The position numbers and the translations under genes were made by a program. The notes beneath the pieces are model-generated. The model was not told the origin of the DNA, did not search any database, and saw only the letters and a list, made by a program, of their open reading frames with translations. Positions 48,239 through 57,830 of a DNA stretch of 64,000 nt are shown piece after piece. Each line of letters starts with the position of its first letter. Position 1 is the stretch's first letter. Source of the DNA: Theionarchaea archaeon (GTDB lineage: Archaea; Methanobacteriota_B; Thermococci; Methanofastidiosales; SZ-28-30); assembly GCA_018992685.1 (NCBI GenBank), contig JACVGT010000019.1, positions 32,001 to 96,000 on the forward strand. Reading direction: 5' to 3'.

Positions 48239-49306
48239 ATGGTATGGCGCTACCTTGAAGTCAGAGAACGTGATGTGCCCAGATGCAATGCAATCCATGC
48301 TGTTCTGGCAAAGGGCATCAATCAGGGAATAACCCCCAATACTGTCTTTCTGGAGGAATGTCCAGACTATGTTCTATCTCTGGGAAGAAACCAATGTCCT
48401 GAGGAGGAAATACACATTGAAGCATGCAGAGCCCTGAATGTGAAGATTGAGCGCAGGGACACAGGAGGAGGAGCAGGGCTCATGGTCCCCGGTTCTACCT
48501 CATGGGGAGTCTGTGTTGATATTGCAGATCCTCTGGTCTCCCATGACATGAATGAAAACATGAGAAGGTTTTCTGAAGGAGTTGTGAGAGGTCTTCAGAT
48601 TTTAGGACTGAACGCCTACTTTTCCCCTGTCAATGATATTGACGTTGATGGAAAAAAAATAGGGGGAATCACTGCCCTGGTGAGAGGGAAGGCTCTCCTG
48701 ATTTATGGATCAGTGATTGCAGATTTTGACGCAGAGAAGTGGACACACGTCTCAAGGGCCCCGCCCATAAAGCTAGAGAAAAAGGGCGTTTCCTCAATAA
48801 GAAAGAGAATGACCACCCTCACGCAAGAACTGGGTGGAACGACCCCCCCTTCACAGGTTCGGGAAGCTCTTGTCAAGGGATATGAAGAAAGTCTTCATGT
48901 CACCCTGGAGAAGAAAGGGCTGTCTCCCGCTGAACTGGAGATTTGGGAAAAAGAAATCAAGCGGTTTTCTTCGCCAGATTTCGTCTTGAGACCCCGACAT
49001 CCATGTAGGCTGCGGCTGGGAAAATACGTACATCCTGCAGAAAAAGGGATTATCATTGTTTCTGTGTACCTGCTCGAGGGGAAGATAGCTGATCTCGGCA
49101 TATCGGGAGATTTCATGCAGATTTCTGATTTCGACTTTGAAGAACTGACAGGCCACCTCTTTGGCCTCCCCGCAGAAAAGGAGTGTATTTACACGGCAGT
49201 TACAAATTTCTTCCAAAAGAAGAACGCAACTCTCCTGGGAGTCACCCCGGAAGACTTTGCACAGGCAATCACTGGTGCTGTATCATCGTTTCAAGAAGAT
49301 GAGTGA
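48239..49306 (+). CDS. lplA: Lipoate-protein ligase A
   Basis: LSLGRNQ, RRDTGGGA, NDIDVDGKKIGG, C-terminal ISGDF. Confidence 0.9.
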   Translation: MVWRYLEVRERDVPRCNAIHAVLAKGINQGITPNTVFLEECPDYVLSLGRNQCPEEEIHIEACRALNVKIERRDTGGGAGLMVPGSTSWGVCVDIADPLVSHDMNENMRRFSEGVVRGLQILGLNAYFSPVNDIDVDGKKIGGITALVRGKALLIYGSVIADFDAEKWTHVSRAPPIKLEKKGVSSIRKRMTTLTQELGGTTPPSQVREALVKGYEESLHVTLEKKGLSPAELEIWEKEIKRFSSPDFVLRPRHPCRLRLGKYVHPAEKGIIIVSVYLLEGKIADLGISGDFMQISDFDFEELTGHLFGLPAEKECIYTAVTNFFQKKNATLLGVTPEDFAQAITGAVSSFQEDE

Positions 49307-49727
49307 TCAGACGTGCAGCCTCAGGAATCGCCTTCTGGACGGGTTCTGTCGGTGACTCAGAAAAGGTCTCTGTGTCCTGAACCTCAATTCCCACCACGAC
49401 GATGCGAGAAGGCATTTCCCCAGGAAAGAGGGTCTTCCCCAGGTTGATGGCTTCAGAGAACGACACATCATGGCTGGAAGACGTGTGAAGCGCCCCTGAG
49501 ATCTGTGATTCATTCAGAACAGAAATAGTCCCTGGAGGGTTACCAAGCTTTACTGCATCCACTACGATCACCACGTCATATCCCAGAATGTGGTCCAGCA
49601 AGGAAAATCCACCAACAGACGCCTCCACCACATTTGCCGGGACATCCTCCAGTTCTCTCACGGTAAGAATCCCCACGGCATCATCACTCAAAATGGGATT
49701 TCCAATGCCCATAACAAGTATTTTCAT
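49269..49727 (-). CDS. Hydrogenase maturation protease (HycI/HyaD family)
   Basis: GIGNPILSDDAVG, VVDAV, SSHD. Confidence 0.9.
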   Translation of the reverse strand: MKILVMGIGNPILSDDAVGILTVRELEDVPANVVEASVGGFSLLDHILGYDVVIVVDAVKLGNPPGTISVLNESQISGALHTSSSHDVSFSEAINLGKTLFPGEMPSRIVVVGIEVQDTETFSESPTEPVQKAIPEAARLITHLLETMIQHQ

Positions 49728-50152
49728 TTTTTGTCCTTTTGCACAGCTTTGATTTCTGCGTCCAGCCAGTGATGTATCTCATCTCGCTCTGACATCAGGT
49801 GAGCCAGGTCATCCATAGAATCTGGTTTCACCAGAATGAGCCATCCATCACCGTACGGATCATCATGTACGGGGGAGGGAGCATCCAGGAGAGGGGCATT
49901 CGTGTCCACCACCTCTCCAGATACCGGCATGACCATTTCTCCAACCCATTTCCCCGATTCCACAGTGCCAAAGATGTCATCTCTTTCAAAGTGTGTCCCC
50001 TTTGGAGGAAGATCTACATATTCGATCTTTCCAGCCAGTTTCACTGCAAAATCGATGACACCTATCCTGAGAACATCTCCTTCACGACGTACCCATGCAT
50101 ACTCTCTGGAATAGAACAGGTCGTCAGGCATGTCGTAGTCTCCAACCTTCAT
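49724..50152 (-). CDS. gcvH: Glycine cleavage H-like lipoyl carrier protein
   Basis: Start MKVGDY; VESGKWV lipoyl-Lys, PVSGEV, DPYGDGWL. Confidence 0.88.
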   Translation of the reverse strand: MKVGDYDMPDDLFYSREYAWVRREGDVLRIGVIDFAVKLAGKIEYVDLPPKGTHFERDDIFGTVESGKWVGEMVMPVSGEVVDTNAPLLDAPSPVHDDPYGDGWLILVKPDSMDDLAHLMSERDEIHHWLDAEIKAVQKDKK

Positions 50153-50882
50153 GAAAGAAGGTACGAGACAGTCTATAAAAAGATGCTGGTACTGGGAAAG
50201 AAGGTATCTCCCGCCAGTGTGCCTGTTGGACACTCCACAAGGGCTCAGCCATCCACATGGGATAGCATGGCGCGTGAGAACCCGGGGACGTCTTCCTGGC
50301 CCCGTCCCTCTCCGGACAGCAAGCACCATTACACAGGTACCCATCAGCTACTCTCTGATCCCTTCCTGCCTCATCTTTTGTGCATGGGAAGCTGTATTTG
50401 TTGTATCATTGCGAAAGAAACCACACGGAAAGAGGAAAATCAACTTCTCGGTATTTTCAGCGGGCTCTCAGCTAAAAAGAATATCTCAAAAACACAGAAC
50501 ATAAGAAAGATCGAATTACGCATTTAAGAAACCCAAAGATTTATAAAGTAAATGATACCCATTGTAGATGATTGGGAGGGTAAATCCCCCAGAGGCTCAA
50601 CAAACTATTGCCCCCATATTCTCCTTCTTAAACACGAGGCCTCTCAAGTGGAGAGCCCATATCCCAATCAATATTGTGAGTCCATGGTCTTACTTTTTCA
50701 CCTCTCTCGCATCAGAAGGGTTCGCAGTCCCACTATATGGATTCTCCAAGCACCAGAAAGAGGCATGACAGGATCTTTGCGGGGATTCTCCTCTTGAAGT
50801 GCATCAGGTCGCATCGCATGAATTCCAGCATCAGAAGGTGAGAACCGTAATCTATAAATATTGTCATTTGGAAAGAGAGAAC

Positions 50883-51587
50883 ATGAAAAAGGTGAAAACA
50901 GGTGTTGCTGGATTGGACAAGATGCTAAACGGCGGTCTCATTGCAGAACGACCCTATCTTGTTTCAGGTGTCCCGGGTGCAGGAAAATCTATATTCGGGA
51001 TGCAATTTCTCATGCAGGCTGTCCAGGAAGGCAAGAGTGGTATCTACATTACCATGGAAGAAAGGAAAAGGGGATTGAAGCAGAACTTCGAGGTCTTTGG
51101 CTGGGATATTGACAAAGTCCGCGTGGTGGAAGCTACGCCTGAGCTGGGCAACAACATGTGGGAAATCCGGGCTGAAGCATCCTTCATTAACATGACTCTT
51201 AACATGAACAATCTTACTGACACCATTCGACAGCATCTGGTTTCAGGCGTTGATCGGATTGTACTGGATTCAATCACCACGCTCAAGATGCTGTATCCGT
51301 CCCAGGTAGATGCCAGAAGGGAAATTCTCTCCATGATTCACTTTCTGACCGATACAGGCTGCACATCCTTGCTGCTGGCAGAGAAGTGGGATGATGGAAG
51401 ATCAATGGAAAGCTTCCTGGCAGAGGGATCAATTGAACTACGGATCATTGAAGAAAAAGGAATAAAGAAAAGGGCTATTGAAATAAAGAAAATGCGAGGG
51501 ACTGACTTCGACGAGCAGTGGAGGCCCATGAAGATCACCAGACAGGGAATCATTGTCTACGCAGATGAAGCGCTGTTCAAGCCGTGA
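50883..51587 (+). CDS. KaiC/RAD55-family single-domain ATPase
   Basis: KTGVAGLDKMLNGG, GVPGAGKS, VLDSIT, KKMRGT. Confidence 0.9.
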   Translation: MKKVKTGVAGLDKMLNGGLIAERPYLVSGVPGAGKSIFGMQFLMQAVQEGKSGIYITMEERKRGLKQNFEVFGWDIDKVRVVEATPELGNNMWEIRAEASFINMTLNMNNLTDTIRQHLVSGVDRIVLDSITTLKMLYPSQVDARREILSMIHFLTDTGCTSLLLAEKWDDGRSMESFLAEGSIELRIIEEKGIKKRAIEIKKMRGTDFDEQWRPMKITRQGIIVYADEALFKP

Positions 51588-51591
51588 TACC

Positions 51592-52023
51592 ATGTTTGAA
51601 GTGGCCATTTCTTTGAACAGCAAAGAGGCCAGTTCACGACTTTTGGCGTTGCTAGAAGAACAGAAATTCGATTATCAGATCATCAGAGGAATCCGTGACC
51701 CAGAAGGATACAGGGAGCTGGAAGTGAGAGTGCTCTATCCCTCGATTTTCTGGGTTACCATTACACCCTCGAAAGACAAGAAATTCAAGGTTGCATCATT
51801 ATTCAGTGTACATGGGTTAGAAAGCAAATTCGAGCAACAGGGAGAAACGTACGAGCTGGGACCTCAACTGGCCCGTCAGCACATGGAAAGTCTGCTCTTC
51901 AAGTTCATTTACGCAGGGGAAAGACCTTGGAGTTTTGAGAAGGGCTCCTTCTTCTCTCGGGTGGAGCCAGAAAAAGTAGCCGCCAAGCAGAAATGGGAAA
52001 AATTTTTGGGAGAGGAACTGTAG
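51592..52023 (+). CDS. Hypothetical protein in an operon with the KaiC-like ATPase
   Basis: ATG 4 nt after the upstream stop. Confidence 0.7.
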   Translation: MFEVAISLNSKEASSRLLALLEEQKFDYQIIRGIRDPEGYRELEVRVLYPSIFWVTITPSKDKKFKVASLFSVHGLESKFEQQGETYELGPQLARQHMESLLFKFIYAGERPWSFEKGSFFSRVEPEKVAAKQKWEKFLGEEL

Positions 52024-52031
52024 AACCAGAA

Positions 52032-52229
52032 CTATCCTCCCTGAGTAAAAGCCATGAGCAAGAACCAGCCGATGATTACTGCAAAAGACCCGTAGAACAG
52101 CAATTGAGTCCTTCGAGCTTTCTTTCTCCTCTCTTCGTAGATACTTTCACATCGATCCGAGCAGAACTTTTCATCTGTCGGAATTGCTTTTTCGCAAATA
52201 ATGCAGTGTCTGTGTTGCTGAATTGCCAT
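52032..52229 (-). CDS. DUF2116-family Zn-ribbon membrane protein
   Basis: HRHCIICEKAIP...FCSDRC plus C-terminal TM. Confidence 0.85.
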   Translation of the reverse strand: MAIQQHRHCIICEKAIPTDEKFCSDRCESIYEERRKKARRTQLLFYGSFAVIIGWFLLMAFTQGG

Positions 52230-52341
52230 GTCATCACCTACACCGGTTTCAAGAGCACACTTATAAGGGTTTGCATGATCATTATCATCTTCAAAATGCA
52301 GAAAACCTCACCAGAAGCTGCAGGATTTGTCACAACCATCG

Positions 52342-52716
52342 TCACGTCTCGAGGTATCCCTCATCATCAACCTCTCCGAACAGGCTTTGCATCATTTCCT
52401 CCATGAATTCTCTTCCCTTGTTGAACAATTCCCTGCCCCTGTCAGTAATAGCGTAGTATTTCCGATTGGGTCTTCCTTCTTTGCTTTCCACCCATTCCGT
52501 AGTTACATACCCTTCCTTTTTCAGGTTGTAAAAGACCACATAGCTGGTAACAGTGGCAGCCTCCCACTCAAACCGGTTCCTTATCTGTTTTTTTATCTCA
52601 TATGCATACATCGGTCGCTCCATCAGCAGGCGTAGCACGTACAGCCACATGACTTCTTTGGTCATCTTGGTTTTCAGTCGCTCCAGTGGCACTATATCAC
52701 CATCATTTCTAATCAT
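52342..52716 (-). CDS. PadR-family transcriptional regulator
   Basis: PMYAYEI, LKKEGYV, GRPNRKYYAITDRG. Confidence 0.9.
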   Translation of the reverse strand: MIRNDGDIVPLERLKTKMTKEVMWLYVLRLLMERPMYAYEIKKQIRNRFEWEAATVTSYVVFYNLKKEGYVTTEWVESKEGRPNRKYYAITDRGRELFNKGREFMEEMMQSLFGEVDDEGYLET

Positions 52717-52794
52717 TGATTCCTTTAAAACATTTTTGCCGGTGCACTATTTTCTAACCATAAAATATATAAAGCATATGTCAGTACTAGTTCC

Positions 52795-53886
52795 ATGGCG
52801 AAAATCAAGATCGCAATAGCAGGAGTAGGGAATTGTGCCTCCTCTCTCATACAAGGACTGGAATACTACAAGAATGCAGAACCTGAACAAGTGATCGGAT
52901 TAATGCATCATGATGTGAATGGGTATGAACTCTCAGATGTTGAAGTAGTTTGTGCTTTTGATATCGATGAACGGAAAGTGGGGAAGGACGTGTCCCAGGC
53001 CATTTTTGCTCCCCCCAACTGCACGGTAGTGTTTTCGGAGGTTCCCTATCGTGGAATAGAGGTTAAGATGGGCCCCGTTCTGGATGGAGTTGCCCCTCAC
53101 ATGGCACAATACGATGAAGACAAGACCTTCAAACCAAAGAATTCCGAGCCCTGCGATGTAGTGGAAGAGCTCAAGAAGAGCAAGGCTGATATGCTGATCA
53201 ACTATGTTCCTGTGGGATCCGAGCAGGCTGCCCAATTCTATGCTCAGGCCTGTCTGGACGCAGGATGTGGATTCGTTAACTGTATGCCCGTGTTCATTGC
53301 ATCTAATCTAGCATGGGGAAAGAAATTTGAGAAAGCAGGAATACCAGTTGTGGGAGATGACATCAAATCCCAGCTGGGAGCTACTATTGTTCACAGAGTC
53401 CTTACCAAATTATTCAACGATAGAGGGATTAAACTGGATCGGACGTACCAGCTCAATACTGGAGGAAATACAGATTTCTTGAACATGCTAGCCATGGATC
53501 GATTGAAGTCCAAGAAGATCTCCAAGACTGAGGCAGTGCAGTCCCAGCTCGATACACCACTCAACCCAGACAACATCCATATTGGACCTTCCGATTATGT
53601 GCCCTGGCAGAAAGACAATAAGATCTGTTTTCTGCACATGGGGGGACGGATGTTTGGAAGTGTTCCTCTTGAATTGGAGCTCCGGTTGTCAGTAATTGAT
53701 TCTCCGAATTCGGGAGGATGTGCCATTGATGCCATCAGGTGCCTTAAATTAGCTCTTGACCGAGGAATTTCAGGCCCGCTGCTGTCCATCTCATCGTATA
53801 CAATGAAACATCCGCCTGTTCAGTACTCAGATTCGGAAGCCCGAATCTTCGTAGAAGAGTACATCAAAGGAACAAGAGAGCGCTAA
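52795..53886 (+). CDS. ino1: myo-Inositol-1-phosphate synthase
   Basis: GVGNCASSL, NYVPVGS, GDDIKSQLGAT, QLNTGGNTDF, DSPNSGG. Confidence 0.95.
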   Translation: MAKIKIAIAGVGNCASSLIQGLEYYKNAEPEQVIGLMHHDVNGYELSDVEVVCAFDIDERKVGKDVSQAIFAPPNCTVVFSEVPYRGIEVKMGPVLDGVAPHMAQYDEDKTFKPKNSEPCDVVEELKKSKADMLINYVPVGSEQAAQFYAQACLDAGCGFVNCMPVFIASNLAWGKKFEKAGIPVVGDDIKSQLGATIVHRVLTKLFNDRGIKLDRTYQLNTGGNTDFLNMLAMDRLKSKKISKTEAVQSQLDTPLNPDNIHIGPSDYVPWQKDNKICFLHMGGRMFGSVPLELELRLSVIDSPNSGGCAIDAIRCLKLALDRGISGPLLSISSYTMKHPPVQYSDSEARIFVEEYIKGTRER

Positions 53887-54006
53887 CACTGCAACACGGA
53901 ATTGCGGGGATTCTCTTTTCTTCTTCTGCCCGCCTGCAATGGTACGCTGTAATTCCCTCTGCCGTCACAATCTCTTTGAGGGTCCTGTGTCACACTGCGG
54001 GAAATG

Positions 54007-54747
54007 CTACAGTTCCATGGGGGCCAGGTAGAAGGTCAGCCTGAGCCCTTCCACAGGAAAGCTTATTCGTAAGGGAAGGTTCTTGTTTCCCATGTTGATG
54101 CGCACTCTGTCTGAAATATAGGAAGAATGGAGAAAACTGATGAGGTAACCCAAATTAAATCTGGAACAACACTTCTCTTTAACTTCAAATTGCTTTATTG
54201 ATTCACTACTCCTCTCAATGCAGATTCTTGCTCTTTCTGTGTCCCCTTCGGCAGATATGACCAGTGCTTCAGGTGTAGCCTCAAACAAGACAGAATTAGC
54301 AACTATGGCAGCGTCACCAATCCCTTCCTTGAACACAGAAACATCCATCTCTATGGAAACGGGATAATCCACATCAATGGACGGCAAAACCTCCACCTGG
54401 GGTTCCAGCAGCAGGCACTGGAACTGACGTTCGATGGAACTCTTCAGGATAAAATCCATGGTTCCCCCATTCAATTCCATGAACATGCCATCCCCCATAT
54501 GAATTCTCCTGGATACTTTCCTAAGCGCATTCATGGAAAGGCCAATAGTCTGCTCGTCCGTAGAAGAATATTCATTGAAGAACGAGCTGTACAAATCTAA
54601 TTCCACCTTGCACACGAGTGAAGGATCACAGGCTTCCATGCTCAGTTGGTTCTCCCTCAAAAAGAAGATGGCCTCATCTACAAGGTCAGACATTGATTCT
54701 ATAATGTATTTCAAGTTCTTGGCGTCACTGAGGAAAGCCCTGAACAT
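54007..54747 (-). CDS. pcn: DNA polymerase sliding clamp (PCNA), divergent
   Basis: MFRA...LVDEA, ACDPSLV, AEGD, LPLRISF, FYLAP. Confidence 0.88.
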   Translation of the reverse strand: MFRAFLSDAKNLKYIIESMSDLVDEAIFFLRENQLSMEACDPSLVCKVELDLYSSFFNEYSSTDEQTIGLSMNALRKVSRRIHMGDGMFMELNGGTMDFILKSSIERQFQCLLLEPQVEVLPSIDVDYPVSIEMDVSVFKEGIGDAAIVANSVLFEATPEALVISAEGDTERARICIERSSESIKQFEVKEKCCSRFNLGYLISFLHSSYISDRVRINMGNKNLPLRISFPVEGLRLTFYLAPMEL

Positions 54748-55081
54748 AGTGATTTTCTTCTTTCTAGGCTATTAAAGCTTTCGCTCAATCGGGTGTGTTC
54801 AATGAGGAAGCGATTTTTCTGTTACATACAGATGGAACCAGGTATTCCTATTTTGGAGACTATCCCGAGATTAAATGATTTTTAGAAAAATATGAGTACT
54901 CTAGTTACTATGCAAAGGAAGAATATGCTGCTTCTGAAGAATGATCACAAAATGCAGAATATCTTGCTGGAAAAGAATTGACCAGGACAATGGAGAATTG
55001 GGAGGTACCTTCCTACAAAAACCAGCAAAATAGTAAGGCTGCAATAACCTTAAATGGAAAGAAAAAGAAAAGAAAGAAGGA

Positions 55082-57430
55082 TTATCTTCTTATTCTTACG
55101 GCAGCACCTAACAGCATAAGCAGTCCAACCAGGGTCGTTCCCAGACAGCTGCTGGCGTTGCTGACCTCGCACGTGACAGAGTCTTCAGTCTCGTACACAC
55201 CATCAACGTATCCCTCGGCCTTTACAGTGTGGTCACCATCGGAGTATGCGGTGGTATCCCAGCTGTACTGGAAGGGTGCTGATGTGTCTTCTGCCTTGTA
55301 CGTACCATCAATGTACCACTTGACAGAGTCGCAGTTACTGGATGCAGTACAGGTAACAGTGTCAGAGACTGTCTCTCCTGACGTTGGGTCGGTGACAGTT
55401 ACGTAGTACTCCACTTCATTGTCCACCGTGACGGTGACTGAGTCACTGTCTTTCAGTGAGCCAGACACGTAGCCCTCGGCAAGTACGGTGTGGCTGCCCT
55501 CAGAGTATGAGGTAGTATCCCAGGTGTAGTCGAAGGGTGATGCTGTGTCATCCTTTACCAGTGAGCCATCGATGTAGAACTTGACTTCGTCGATTGATCC
55601 AGTAATGGATGTGGTAACGCCCACAGTTCCAGAAACGGTTGATCCGTTGGACGGGTTGGTAATAGTCACTGAGTCAGGTGGCGGAGTTGTTCCTCTCTGG
55701 GTAAGGCAGGGTGACTCGGGGTCTCCTACCAGATTTCTCTCGTAGAAGCACCATCTGTAGGTGGTGTTGCTGCTGGCGGAAGATGCTAGGTAGCTTCTTG
55801 CCTTGTTCAGCATATCACCGAGCTTCTCCTGACCATCACTCCAGCAGGCTCTGAACTCAGCAATACAGAACTCACCAGAGTATGTACATGCATTCAGAGT
55901 GGAGAACCAGCCATAGTTGTCATTGTAGATTGCTGCAATTGCACCATTGTTGGCGTCCATGACGTATGCTTCTGCTAGGCAGTCGTCAGCCTCAATCTGT
56001 CCTGTAATACAGGCAACACTGGTGGTCCAGGGCCAGAAGGTGTTGGTCATGCTGGCGACATTTGAGTTGTACCAGCTTACCGTACCGCCAACCTCGTAGT
56101 TGAGATAGTAGACGTTGGTATTTCCGTGTCCAATATGGGCCACTGCAATGGTGTCCTGAGCCCAGTGGGAGATCCACGCTGAGGTGGTAACAGTACCATC
56201 CTCTTCGAAGAGGTAGTCAATGTAGTAACCAGATGGAATGTAGTTGTCACACCCGTAGGCCAGGCATGTGGAATCGGGGCTGTTGTTAGCCTGCACTCTG
56301 GACTGGTGGAGCAAGACTCTCTCAGGCTTGGCAGCCTGTTCATAGGCGATTACCTTGTTGACAAAGTTCGAGGCCTCTGTTACACTCTGACAGGGTGCTC
56401 TTCCGACAGCAACCTCTGCACCGAAGTCGACCCCATCGCCAGTCTCACCATATGTGCTGTCACCATCTGAGTTGTGGGAACCATCCAGGTGCCCGAAGTA
56501 CATGTCAGCCAGCATATCAGAATCAGTGTATCCACCAGTGGACACGTAGAATCCTCTGTAGGGGACAGCAGAAACGTCTCCACCAAGCAGGACGTACTTT
56601 GTACCATTGTTGGTGTACTTGTCAATGATGAAGTTTCTCATCTTCATCGGTGTGTCTGTACCGCTGTAGTTTGAACTGATCCAGCTCACTGTGTAGACAG
56701 TTGCTCCGTTGACAAATCCGGCCTTGTGGGTAGCCAGGGTCTGGAATGTTGACTGCATGGTATCGTTGGTGATGATGATGTACTCTTCTGTTGCCAGGGG
56801 GACTGCGCCATCTTCGTATGTTACCAGGACTTCAGGGTTGTCCACGAGAGCCGAAACATCTGCCTTGTCAGCAGCCAGTCCTCTGTACAGCTTGTTCTTC
56901 ATACCCTTTCCGAACTGTACTTCTACAGTCATCTTTGGATAGAACTTCACTGTTCCAGACTTTGGCATGTACTGAACAGGGAACAGGTTCACCTTCAATA
57001 TGGCAAATCCCTTGACGTAATCTACACCGACAACCTGGAATACCTCGCTGGGGTACATGTTGTTGGAGCCGTAGATTGCCTCGTTCCTGCCAATAGTCAC
57101 GGGGGTGTCACTGTATGTGCAGGGCAGCTGAGCCCATGGGAGTTCGATTCCCTTCTGCACAATTGGCTGTCCGTGCTTTACCTTGACGTCCTTTAATTCT
57201 GCACCCTGTGGAAGCAGGATGCTCACTGCTCTGTAAGGTACCAAAGGCGCTCCGGGTTCCTCCCAAATCTGAGTGTCAGCTACCATGTAATCACCGCATG
57301 TTGGGCAGGCACTCATCTGGACCACTTCAAATGTGTAGTCCGCACCGAAATTGTCGTTCGTAGAAAAAGCTGCAGGCAAACTCAGACTTAGCATTATCAC
57401 GAGCGCTATCGTTATAGTTTTACCTTTCAT
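55082..57430 (-). CDS. Secreted gingipain-family (C25) cysteine peptidase with propeptide, two Ig-like repeats and CLGT tail
   Basis: YVLLGGD, VAVGRAP, HIGHG, SVACITG, NLVGDP; tandem APF.Y.WDTT.YS.G.HT repeats; tail SSCLGTTLVGLLMLLGAAVRIRR. Confidence 0.9.
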   Translation of the reverse strand: MKGKTITIALVIMLSLSLPAAFSTNDNFGADYTFEVVQMSACPTCGDYMVADTQIWEEPGAPLVPYRAVSILLPQGAELKDVKVKHGQPIVQKGIELPWAQLPCTYSDTPVTIGRNEAIYGSNNMYPSEVFQVVGVDYVKGFAILKVNLFPVQYMPKSGTVKFYPKMTVEVQFGKGMKNKLYRGLAADKADVSALVDNPEVLVTYEDGAVPLATEEYIIITNDTMQSTFQTLATHKAGFVNGATVYTVSWISSNYSGTDTPMKMRNFIIDKYTNNGTKYVLLGGDVSAVPYRGFYVSTGGYTDSDMLADMYFGHLDGSHNSDGDSTYGETGDGVDFGAEVAVGRAPCQSVTEASNFVNKVIAYEQAAKPERVLLHQSRVQANNSPDSTCLAYGCDNYIPSGYYIDYLFEEDGTVTTSAWISHWAQDTIAVAHIGHGNTNVYYLNYEVGGTVSWYNSNVASMTNTFWPWTTSVACITGQIEADDCLAEAYVMDANNGAIAAIYNDNYGWFSTLNACTYSGEFCIAEFRACWSDGQEKLGDMLNKARSYLASSASSNTTYRWCFYERNLVGDPESPCLTQRGTTPPPDSVTITNPSNGSTVSGTVGVTTSITGSIDEVKFYIDGSLVKDDTASPFDYTWDTTSYSEGSHTVLAEGYVSGSLKDSDSVTVTVDNEVEYYVTVTDPTSGETVSDTVTCTASSNCDSVKWYIDGTYKAEDTSAPFQYSWDTTAYSDGDHTVKAEGYVDGVYETEDSVTCEVSNASSCLGTTLVGLLMLLGAAVRIRR

Positions 57431-57830
57431 GTATCTTTCACCTCCTATGAGATGTGTGTGTACTTTATCCCCTTTGTCTTTATAAACTTTTCGGTTTTAA
57501 TTACGTGTGTGAATAAATCTCTCCGATTCTGCATACCAAAATCTAAACATATACATGTAGAGATCATCTGTTGACACAAAAGTCCGAATTTTGTTACATT
57601 AGGAAACTTCATCCTAATTCGAATAAAAGGAATTCTTTCATATTCCCTCTTTTTCTAAAGATGTCTGACACTGGTTCAAAGATCAGATTTGGGCTACCGA
57701 ATAGAACTTCTATTTTGAATAGAATTCCGAAATGTCTCCGTGACTCTGGAGCGAATTCTGGAAAATCCTCAAATACTCACTGTCGGACAGAGAGCAGTAT
57801 GAATGTGGAGTGTCTGACTGCACGATAAGT

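Noticed and set aside
50153-50344. 64-aa N-terminal extension on GcvH in the ORF track
   Set aside because: Homology starts at MKVGDY and a TATA-like TTTTATA lies about 25 nt upstream of that ATG
50380-50800. Short ORFs or possible ncRNA between gcvH and the KaiC-like gene
   Set aside because: No RBS-supported frame or RNA family signature that I can defend
50883-51587. KaiC-like ATPase as a circadian clock
   Set aside because: Single domain, no kaiA/kaiB; such ATPases are common in archaea
50777-53914. 14-bp repeat TTGCGGGGATTCTC at about 50777 and 53901
   Set aside because: Only two short copies with no shared context; could be chance
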